Assembly: GCA_905178155.1 (NCBI GenBank)
Contig: CAJINV010000005.1
Span: forward strand, 1,638,438 to 1,702,437
Reading direction: 5' to 3'
Origin: Amoebophrya sp. A120
Taxonomy: Eukaryota; Protista; Dinoflagellata
DNA length: 64,000 nucleotides
Shown here: one piece after another, positions 24,848 to 34,186 of the stretch
How the letters are laid out: the number at the start of each line of letters is the position of its first letter
Numbering within the stretch: position 1 is the first letter of the stretch
The notes under the pieces: model-generated
The model's database searches: none
What the model was told of the DNA's origin: nothing
The model's input: only the letters and a program-made list of their open reading frames with translations
Program-made: the position numbers and the translations under genes

Positions 24848-25457
24848 ACAATCAGCCCTGCTGTACTAACTAGGCAGGCACGACACGAGGTTGACTTTCT
24901 TAATATATAATTATCTCGTTCTTGTGAGGCGCGTCACTACATCACTCATCACATTCCTATCTATGTTGAAGTTTTGGCAAGAAACACACTTCAATGAATT
25001 CAAATTGATTCCCATCTCCATGGATGCCATGTGCATGAATATTCAAGATGAACGATAAAACGAAACGACTGCAGCTCCTCGGCCGCAACAAACCGTAGAA
25101 AAAAAACGACACATCTCGCAGACGACGAGGAACAGCAACAGAAAAGCAAACGCACGCAAAAGGAACAACTACATCAAGGCGCACCGCAATCGATCATAAA
25201 AATTGACATTTCGAATCATCAACTTGAAAATATATCGTTTTCCTTTGTTGAGCTGAGCGCCAAGAATAGGCTGCATTCGCTGGTTTTGCTTACAACAGAA
25301 AAAAAAACGAGGAGAACACGGACACGCTGTCAACATTAAGCTGGAGCACGGAATACTTGACAAACTGGCAGTTGCATAGCACGCGACCTATCTCCTTATA
25401 TTAATTGTAAATGTAATCGCTTAAAGTAAAAGTATGAGCATCTTCATTTTAAGATAG

Positions 25458-25942
25458 TGCTTCTAAGGTGATCCAAGATCTGAATGCTCTTGATCAGCGC
25501 CGAAGATCTTTGCGCACTCCGCTCGTGATTCGCCGCAGGAACAGGCTTTGTTTTGAGAGGAAGAGAAAACTCACCCAAGGCGAATTGGAGACATTTACTT
25601 TTGATTCTTTTCAGACTTGTCAACTTACAGCTTGCAACAAGTTAGTGGCTTGAGCCACGAATACCATCACACGCACACGCACACGAGGCTGGGTGAAAAG
25701 AGGGCTCATTGATGTGCTTTGGTGAAGAGAAGCAAAACGATTGAAGACGAAAGCAAAGCTCTCTTTTTATTTGCACTCGTGATGAAACGTAAAACCTTAA
25801 ACAAACGAATCCGATTTGTGCTGTTTGCAACCCACAAAAACTTTGTCCGAGTTATTCCGTTTCCTCTCGTCGTGCGGCGAGTCTCTCACTTCATTTCAAA
25901 TCTCTCCGGCACTGAAACGAACATCCAACGAGGATACTCACA
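25458..25942 (-). repeat. 3' LTR
   Basis: Direct repeat of 37654-38138; TG...CA termini. Confidence 0.95.
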
Positions 25943-26833
25943 GTGCCGGGGGGGGAGAAAAGAAAGAAGTGTGGAGAGATTTGCTCTCCTCCGTCCGGGT
26001 ACTCGTCGGGGCCCCCTGGTACACGCCTCTCCAGTAGGGTGACTCTTCTCACGTGACGGCTCCACCCTGACTTCGCTGTGGTTACGGTAGGTATCCACGA
26101 CATTTGGCTCATCTAACATTCCAGCTGCGAAACCCGCTGCACAAACGCAAAAAATTCCCGTATTCCTCTTCTTCGAAGATGGGTTTGCTGTCCGCAAAAG
26201 AAGCAACCGTCAATCGCAACTGATCGGCGAAAGGAATCGGCTTTGCGCTAGAGGTAACTCCGTACCGTTCTCCGTTTCGAAGTAACCAGGTCGGAGTCTT
26301 CTTTCTAACACCGTTCCGCAAGAAACAAAATCGCGTCGTTCAGAAACAAATTCAAAATTTTCGAAACACTCAACTTGCTCGCGTGAAAATCGGCAAAAAC
26401 AAGAGGAAACAAAAAGAGTTCGCTTTGAATGTTGCTTACTGCTGGCGGCATGGTCAACTTCCGAGTCCCCAGAACTCGCGTCGAGATTACTGCTGATAGG
26501 ACTGGACAAAACTGGTTGTTGACTTACTCATCGCCCATGTCGGGAAGAAAACGGCTAGTAGTACTCGCGGTCGTTTTCCTGATTTCTAAACGTGCTGGCT
26601 CATTTTATGCGAAACGAGACCTGTAGAATCTGCGCCGCCCGTTTCAAGAAAAATTCGGTCGCAGAAGCAGAGGTAGAGAAAAGGTTGCACACGTTCACAG
26701 CTCGGCTTTTTGTGAAGACTGGTCCTTGTTCCAGGAGGTTGCTCCGTTTCCGCAGCGTCGGGTAGGTGACCATAGGCCCGCCTCCTAGTTCTCGTTCCAG
26801 CTTCGGCTGTTGTTTTTGTCGAAGAAGCAGTTT

Positions 26834-29569
26834 TCAGATCATCGTCTCCGTCTGCTTGAGGGGCTTCTCCCAAGTGTATTTTCTGTCGAAGACGTACATC
26901 TGCGCGATTGGCACGTTGAAACGCCCGGAAAGCAGGGACAGGAATTCCTGCATCTTGTATCCCGTGGCCGTTTTTGTCAGCACATCACTAGGATTGGCCC
27001 GATCGGTAATTGACCCGATTTGCCATTCCGAGCGGAAAAAGGCGTCTTTTACCTTCGCTAACGGTTTGAACACGTCCGCATCCGCGTTGGAAGTCACTGA
27101 CTTCGACAAAATCCTGGTGATTGCGCTTTTGCTGTCAGAGAGGATGAAGGAGCGAGCAGAGATCCGCCAAGCGAAATATTTCCTCAGCACCATCTCCAGG
27201 ATGGGGAAACACTCAGCGATCGCCTCCACCTCAGCCGCGTATGACGAGCCCTTCGCTGTAGAGAAGAAAATCGCATCTGATCCCAGATAACTACAGCGGA
27301 TGGACACCTTCTCTAGTCCATCGCACTCGCGCAGCGTCGGCACCCTCTTCACCGCTTTTTGCTTCTTGAGATAATTTTCAAAATCATCAGCGGAGAGAGA
27401 CGCGAGGAGATGCCCGAGAACCGGCCGCATGCGGATCGCAGCTGCTGTTGTTTTGTCGTCTTCATTGGTAGGAATGACGACGGCAGCATACCGCTTGCGT
27501 TTTCTCCTCTCGGTTTCGGACTTCTGCATCATGGCAAACGCCTGCTCGAGCGAGTCAGCGCGCGCGATGCCCTCGGTCAGCCCTGCAGCAAATTCTCGTC
27601 GTTCTTGCAGCTCTTCGTTGGAAAACACCCACTCCGGTCGAGCGTCGAACTCATCAGCAGCGCGTGCTTCCTGCTCTTTCGCCAAAGCTGCAGCTTCCTT
27701 CGCGGTCGGGTGTTGCAAAGAAGCGCCTGGCATCATCGCCAGCGCTTCTTTTTCGTATGACAAATCGAACACTATTCCGCTGGTCTCGTCTTTCAGCCTC
27801 TGGATAATGCCGCTGGTTCCCGTTATCCACTCGTAGGCTTTCAACTCGTCCGCCCCGAGCGCCATCGACCTGGTGGGAAACTTGCACTCGACGTGCCTTC
27901 GGGCGATGAAAAGCAAACTTCCCCTTGCGCCCTTGAGCTTCGTCACAAACTCCGGCGAGAGTTGCTCTGTCGGCGTGGCACTGAAGTTGATCTCGGCCAA
28001 CTCGTCGATCTTGTGCTGCGTGTCGGTTTTTACTTTCTGACTTTCGGCGTCGTGTTTCACGTGAGTGCCCGTGTAAATCAGTCCCGCTTCAGCATCATTC
28101 CACGTTTCCAATTCGAAACGCTTGCGGAGGTGTTCCGCCAGTCGCTTCCATTCGGATTCCTCCCGCCCCTCCGAACAAAAGGTCGCCAACGTGCAGACAC
28201 ACTTTGTTCCGGCCGCGAACAAAAACACAGGGACTGTCCGGACTCATCTTGTACCCGATGCTCTCCAAAAGCTGGCTTATCGTCCGGCACCAGAGCAACG
28301 CCGCCTCCCACAGCCCATACAGGCTGATCCTCATTACGAAGATGGTTTCCTTTCCTATTCCGAATTCGCTGCGGAGAGTTTGTTTTCAAAACTTCTTCGG
28401 AATGGAGGTTCTGGGGAAACTGGAGGCGCGGTCTGTTTTCCTCGCGAAGTTTCAAATTCCGCAAGAATGCCCGTGGTACGTCGCCACTTTTCAAAACCCG
28501 CTTGCCACGCACGTATCGCAGCGAATTGATCATGAGGCTCAGATCATATTCGCCGATCGTGGGGCTTTCTGCGCTTGCTGACACGGAGGATTTGTGTCCC
28601 CCGGGTACCAGCCGGATTGCAGTTTTGAAGTGAAACGGTGTAACTAGTTTCAAATCAACAATCGCGCGGCTCGGCAGTACGCGTTCGTCAGCACACAGCA
28701 TCCCAGGCTTGTTTGTAGGTAGCAGTCAGGTCCTGTTTGAAGAGTCCCGCCCACTCCTTCACGTGCGCCTTCACCAATACCGCTGGCACTCCGAGTCCGG
28801 TAGGACTTTCGATAAAGGTGGGATCGCAATCCGCGAATTTGAGCGCAGCAATAATCTTTCGGATGACTTCCGAATGCCGGGATGCTCGTTTGTCAAGCAT
28901 GCTTATCAGCCCGAGAGACTCGTAAGACTCGAGAGGTAGCAGTCGCCACATTACTACTCTCAAGATCTTTCCTCGTCCGAGTTTCTCCCACTTCTCCTTG
29001 CTGTCGACAAAATCAACCTTCTCGCTGTTCCAGACGATCAGATGCTCGCTCTGCGCTTCCGGGTGCTGCAGTCCAGTACGGAAGACAGGATCCACGAATT
29101 CATCGTAGACCTCAAGCGCAGCAGGTGTTAGCCGCACGCCTTCGCACTTCGGGAAAAGCGTATGCTCGATCATCTGCTGGATCACTTGCGCATCCTTCAG
29201 CACTCCCGCTGGTGTCTGCTGCAAGACCTTGCTGATGGTTCTCCGATTCTTTCTCGACGGGAATTTCAGAAACTCGCGCAGTTCTTCGAACTCCTTGGGA
29301 ATTTCTTCTGGTTCACTGTCGGTGGGAAGAGTAGGCTCGGCGCTGAAGAGGTTACTCCAAGTTGTGTTGCGGATGAAGTCTCCTCGTTTCTCGTTAGCAG
29401 CATGCACCATCTCGGTGAGTTCTTGGCTTGCGCCAACAAAAAGACCATCCTCTTCTTCCGCCGGTCCCTCATCTTCCTTAACATCATCAGCAGGATTGAG
29501 ATTCAAACTCCCCTCGGCGTCCTGGAGCTGATCCATCTCTTCTCCTTCGTCCTCAATCTGCTCGCGCAT
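26834..29569 (-). pseudogene. Copia reverse transcriptase plus RNase H, frameshifted
   Basis: KAHVKEWAGL; AIRLVPGGH; GDVPRAFL; SLYGLWEAALLW..GY..SPCVF..HVGDLL (the YVDD box has D>G); RNase H SSYAAE, SDSKSAI and NPSDVLTK. Spread over four overlapping ORFs. Confidence 0.9.
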
Positions 29570-29725
29570 GATGTCCAGTTTTCGGCTTTTCGAACGGTCC
29601 CCACCCGGGGGGATGGATGAAGGAACCCAGAAAGGTTCACCGCCTTCATGCGTAGACGCCTGCGTCGGAACTCGTAGCTCCGCTTCGTACTCTTCTCTTT
29701 CGGTTTCGTACTTACGCTGTGCATC

Positions 29726-32146
29726 CTACATCTTACCTCCAACTTGGAAATCTTCACGCTGCAGAGGAGAAATTCGATCAAGAATCGGATCAAGGTACTG
29801 GCCGTAGTGGATTATTGGAGTGATCATATTTGGGCTCACGGTGCTAAAACCCTTCTTGCCTTTCACGGTAAAAACAACGCCCCCAGCTCCTTTACTGACC
29901 TCCTTATCGACGACTGTAACCGCCGCGCCCTCTTTCATTTTCGGTTGATACATGTTTGCTCGCCTGCCGATGTCGAAGCTTTCATCGTTGTCGATTCTAG
30001 CCCGTGCTGCACATCCGGCTAAAATCTTCTCAACCGCATTGATGAAAGCGGGACCAGACAACAAAGCCAGCGCTCCCGACCAAATGCGGATACGTGCCTC
30101 GCTAAGGCGCTGGATGTTGTAAAAGCCCTGATCTCCGCCGAAGCCGCGAACAGCCACGTCATCAGGATGGCAGATCATTTCCGGACTACTTTCCTCGATC
30201 CCCCAGAGCTCCATGCTCGCTGTCCTTCCTTGCTTTCCCGCACTGGGCAAATTTGCCAAGCACTCATGAATCTCGTTCAAGAGAATCTCCAGCGGGAGGT
30301 GCATGAAAGCAGGAATGCGGCGCAGCCTTTTGCGCAACATCTTGATCGTCAGGAAGCGACGCTCAAGCATGTACACAGGTGCTCCGGTCGGCAGGATGGT
30401 GACAACCCGCCCGGACTTCTGCAAGCAAGTCCACTCCTCCAGGGACAAGTTTTCCAGGCCGGAATCAGCATAGATCTTCCGCCGTACTAACTTCTTGTCG
30501 AGGAGCCAGCACATTGCTCGCGTCACGTCATCCTTGGATGGTGATCCTCGTCCGGCCATGAGTCTAGCACCTAGTCCTTGATGCAGCTGCAGCATAATTC
30601 CGTCGCAGACCTCCTGCTTGTCTGCGTCGCTCAGGTTCTGGCCTTGCATCATGCGGGACAGTTTCCATTTAGTCCCGCATACAAACGACCCCGAGCGTTT
30701 GTCCGGAAGAGACATGATGCCGATTACTGTATAAATCACATCACTTTCAGTCATGAAGGTAGTGTCTACCAAACTGATGCCTCCTTCTGCTGCAGCAACA
30801 CACATGTCATAGCCATCATGACTCTTGTTTCGTGCTTTTAGACCGTAACGCAACTGCGCGCGGCTGTCTCGTCTCATCAGCAGGACCAGTTCCTTGAGCT
30901 TGTCCTCTGGAATGTTCTTAAGACGGTGCCGGCTCTGTTCCAGACAGGCCTTCTCGCTGGCTATTTTCCCACTCAAACACAGCACTTCCTGCAGAGCTCG
31001 CACTTTGCGTCGGTCCTCTTCGCTGATGTCCGCAAGGCAGGAGATGGTCGCATCCACTCTCGTCTGTTCCTCGTCGGTGTACCTCATGGCCTCACCGTTC
31101 GGAGACAACTTGCACTTCTGAACGTATAGCTCTCGCACTGCGCTCGAGTGGTATGCCTCGTTGCCGTGTCCAGCCAAGCGCAACCGCTCGCCGACAGAAA
31201 CCGCTAGACCAAAACCCGTCCCGTCAATCAGCGCCAGCTTCTTTTTCGGTTCTAGCCGCATTGCTTTGGCGATCCGCTTCACAAATTCCTCAGGAATCGC
31301 ATCGATGAGTTCTTGGTGAAATCCGGTTCGAATTCTTTTCGACTGCGTATCGATCCGCAGGTCCGGACTCTCCTCCAGCATCGCTTGGATTTCTTCCTCC
31401 TCATCCACGCGGATCCTCTTTCCCGCGTGTCTCATCGGTGCCGGCAGGTCGTTGGTGTGCCTACACGTGTAGACTTTCACCCTATCCAGTCGCTCCGGTA
31501 TTTGGAGTCTGTCCTTGATCAAAACCTCACCTGGTTTATTCCTCTGGTGCGCTCCGGACTTCATAACTCCTCTCCCGATGGATCCGTAGTTAATTTCCCC
31601 TACAACCGGTTTAACTACGGGACGCGATTCATTCGACAAAGCGCCGCGGAGTCGAAAACTTCGCTCCTTTTGCTGTATTGTTTCCTGGTTGGCTGCATCA
31701 TCTGCCAGATGGAAATAATAATCGACGCTGATGCACCTGTCCTTCCCGTTGGGAATAACAGGTCGACTGTCCAGCAGCTCCTGCTTGCTCCAGTCGTTTC
31801 GTAAATCAGCAACTACTCGCGTTTGTCTTCTCACGTCGATGACTCGCCTCAAGCGTACTCGGTTGCGGAGAAACTCGGGCGTCGCCGGCACACGGTCAAG
31901 ACCGAAGTCTATAACTCGGCACACTCCGTACCCGCCGTTGTCGCCAGTTCGCCGCAAAGATTCTTCGCTCACGGTCCACAAATCGGCTTGCTCCGATTCG
32001 TCCGGGTTCAAGAAGTGATCTACTAGGCTGCTCGTCTTCTTCTTCTTTGCTGCCCCCGCTGCAGCACTGCTGCTGGAACCTCCATCGCGGAGAGCCAGCC
32101 CCGGCGGGCGACTGCCTAAGTTCCCGCTATTTTTTGAACCGCCCAA
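29726..32146 (-). CDS. Integrase-containing pol segment (806 aa)
   Basis: Candidate DDE triad LVDTTF / YADSGLE / MLERRFLTIK, lying upstream of RT as in copia. Confidence 0.75.
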   Translation of the reverse strand: MGGSKNSGNLGSRPPGLALRDGGSSSSAAAGAAKKKKTSSLVDHFLNPDESEQADLWTVSEESLRRTGDNGGYGVCRVIDFGLDRVPATPEFLRNRVRLRRVIDVRRQTRVVADLRNDWSKQELLDSRPVIPNGKDRCISVDYYFHLADDAANQETIQQKERSFRLRGALSNESRPVVKPVVGEINYGSIGRGVMKSGAHQRNKPGEVLIKDRLQIPERLDRVKVYTCRHTNDLPAPMRHAGKRIRVDEEEEIQAMLEESPDLRIDTQSKRIRTGFHQELIDAIPEEFVKRIAKAMRLEPKKKLALIDGTGFGLAVSVGERLRLAGHGNEAYHSSAVRELYVQKCKLSPNGEAMRYTDEEQTRVDATISCLADISEEDRRKVRALQEVLCLSGKIASEKACLEQSRHRLKNIPEDKLKELVLLMRRDSRAQLRYGLKARNKSHDGYDMCVAAAEGGISLVDTTFMTESDVIYTVIGIMSLPDKRSGSFVCGTKWKLSRMMQGQNLSDADKQEVCDGIMLQLHQGLGARLMAGRGSPSKDDVTRAMCWLLDKKLVRRKIYADSGLENLSLEEWTCLQKSGRVVTILPTGAPVYMLERRFLTIKMLRKRLRRIPAFMHLPLEILLNEIHECLANLPSAGKQGRTASMELWGIEESSPEMICHPDDVAVRGFGGDQGFYNIQRLSEARIRIWSGALALLSGPAFINAVEKILAGCAARARIDNDESFDIGRRANMYQPKMKEGAAVTVVDKEVSKGAGGVVFTVKGKKGFSTVSPNMITPIIHYGQYLDPILDRISPLQREDFQVGGKM

Positions 32147-32465
32147 GCCCTAGCCTGGGCGAGCAAGCCCGCCCCGGGCAATAGGCCGAGGCGGGCCGCC
32201 TTTGCTGGGGACACAGGCGGGGCGCGGGCGACTTGCAGAACGCAGACGCTTGAGCCCATCGCCGGCGACCCGCCTGAAAGGCGCAGTGACGAAGCAATTG
32301 CGCCGCCGGCCCTTTCAACCGTTCTTGACCACGTCCCGAAATTTTCTAAGTTTGCGCCTAAATTTCAGAGCAACGGCCGACATAGGCAAAATCGCACGCA
32401 AATTGCAAAGCTGGGCAAATTAGACAAAAAATAGACAGCAGCCGAAGCTGCCAAGGCCGCTTTTT

Positions 32466-32620
32466 GGACAGAAATTAGACAGGAAAATAAAAAGAAAAAT
32501 AGACAGGAAAATAGACAGAAAAATAGACAGGAAAATAGACAGGAAAATAGACAAAAAGTTAGACAAAAACTGAGACAGGAAATTAGACACGAACTTAGAC
32601 AAAAACTGAAACAGGAAACA
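32466..32620. repeat. Imperfect 12-bp tandem repeat (AGACAGGAAAAT), ~12-13 copies, inside pol
   Basis: Directly visible array. Confidence 0.9.
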
Positions 32621-32692
32621 CACGCCCCCGCAAGAGCGCCGACTGTAGGAAAAATAGCGGGAAAATAAAAAGCCTGGCGCCGGGGGCGGCTC

Positions 32693-34186
32693 TCAGTGAC
32701 CTCCACCAACTTGCGTTGGCGCTGCTTGTTCTTTTTCTATTTCTTCCACGAGCACGCTCCCGCGGCATTCTTTCGGCCAGCACCAGCATCCCAGAACCTT
32801 ACCGGGCAGAAGAAGGCGGGCTTCTGCCACCATCCCGGATTCGTGCAGCCAGGTTCTGCACTTTTCGCAGACTTCGCGTCGGTTGCCGTCGATTCCGATT
32901 CGGTATGGATTCCCGAATTTTGATCCGCGTCCGATGTAGAAGTGCAAGGGATTCTTCTCTTCCCACCTCTTCACGCTGCGCCGGTCGACCCAGGAGCGCT
33001 GGCGATTGTTGAGATTAATCACTGTTGTTCGCGCCTCAGGGCAAACAGCCTCGGGCTCCGGCTCTTGCTGCATGGCAGCACGCCGCTCTTTCTCGCGTTC
33101 GAGCTGCACAATTGCCATCACGGTTTCCACATCTAGCGGCTCTTCTACCTCTCGGACCTGCGTGGCAGCTTCATTTTCTTCCAGTACATTTGCTGCTTCT
33201 CGTTTCACTTCTCCTTCGTTCGCGAGCCGCTCGCGCTGCTTGATGGTGAGTGGGTCAAAATCATACTTGTTTTCTCGCGTATCGGTTTTCTTCTTCTTGA
33301 TTTCTTTCGCAAACACTGGCCGGCACCACAATTCTTGTGGTGCTCTCTTCTGGATTTCCCGCAAAATGAAAATGCGGCAGTCCCGTGCATCAAAATCACA
33401 GACGCCCTTGTAGATCTGAAGTTCTTCGGAAAAATCACAGATAGCGCTTCCGTCGTGTCCTTGGATCACGTCGGGCTGTCCAGGACGGCAGAGCTGCGAA
33501 AGAAAGCACTTCTTCTGGGTTTCTAAACCAATCAAATTCGGACCATGATCCGTAACGGTATCTTTCTCGAACCCGATGCAGTACAGCTCCCCCGTTTTCG
33601 TGGTAAACTTGTAGGGAAGCGCCACCCTCTTCAGGATCTTCTTTTTCGACCCCCCAACTCCTTGTGCCTTTTGTTGCTGACAGTCCTCCTCGGGCACCAG
33701 CAGATTGCTCTCCTTGGCCTTTTCGGAGTTGGTTTCTGCTGTCTGCTCGGTAATGTACATCTTCCTGTTGTAACCGTTATCGATCTGGCCCATCCGTGTT
33801 GCGGTCGTGAACAAAGCTTCCTCGTTATGTTTCGTCGTAACTTGAAAAGCCGCCGCGCCGGTCGAGGAATTCTTCACCGGGTCGGCCATGGGAAAGCTGT
33901 CGCGCGTGTGTAGTTCTGGCACTTCTCGGAATTCGAGTTTGATAGAAGGACTATTCAAAATTTCCGTTGCCGCCGTGATAGTTTCAAAACTGGTCGGCTC
34001 AACGGAGTTGCAGGCGTAGGAAGCTCGATTCAAAACATGACTGACGAAATTGCTTACACAAAATTGGTTCTTCTCGGTCGTCTCCCCTGACGTCGAAGAG
34101 AAATTTTCATTTTCAGATTTTCGATTAGTCGACGAGTTTTCCTGCGGGTTCCGGGCCCCTAGGCTTGGAAACTCCCGTCCACGCAC
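32693..34186 (-). CDS. Pol N-terminal segment: putative aspartic protease plus C-terminal DUF4326-like domain
   Basis: GQIDNGY...PNLIGL is protease-like, with an atypical DNG. YIGRGSKFGNPY...LPGKVLGCWCWPKECRG matches the recalled DUF4326 pattern. Confidence 0.7.
   Translation of the reverse strand: MRGREFPSLGARNPQENSSTNRKSENENFSSTSGETTEKNQFCVSNFVSHVLNRASYACNSVEPTSFETITAATEILNSPSIKLEFREVPELHTRDSFPMADPVKNSSTGAAAFQVTTKHNEEALFTTATRMGQIDNGYNRKMYITEQTAETNSEKAKESNLLVPEEDCQQQKAQGVGGSKKKILKRVALPYKFTTKTGELYCIGFEKDTVTDHGPNLIGLETQKKCFLSQLCRPGQPDVIQGHDGSAICDFSEELQIYKGVCDFDARDCRIFILREIQKRAPQELWCRPVFAKEIKKKKTDTRENKYDFDPLTIKQRERLANEGEVKREAANVLEENEAATQVREVEEPLDVETVMAIVQLEREKERRAAMQQEPEPEAVCPEARTTVINLNNRQRSWVDRRSVKRWEEKNPLHFYIGRGSKFGNPYRIGIDGNRREVCEKCRTWLHESGMVAEARLLLPGKVLGCWCWPKECRGSVLVEEIEKEQAAPTQVGGGH

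Noticed and set aside
25646-26112. DinoSL-like fragments (TGGCTCAAG on the minus strand in the LTR; CATTTGGCTCA at 26101)
   Set aside because: Only 9-11 nt of imperfect match; the LTR hit is part of a short palindrome.
28078-29800. Programmed frameshifting in pol
   Set aside because: Multiple shifts, a D>G change in the RT catalytic box and ~3.5% LTR divergence fit decay or assembly error better.
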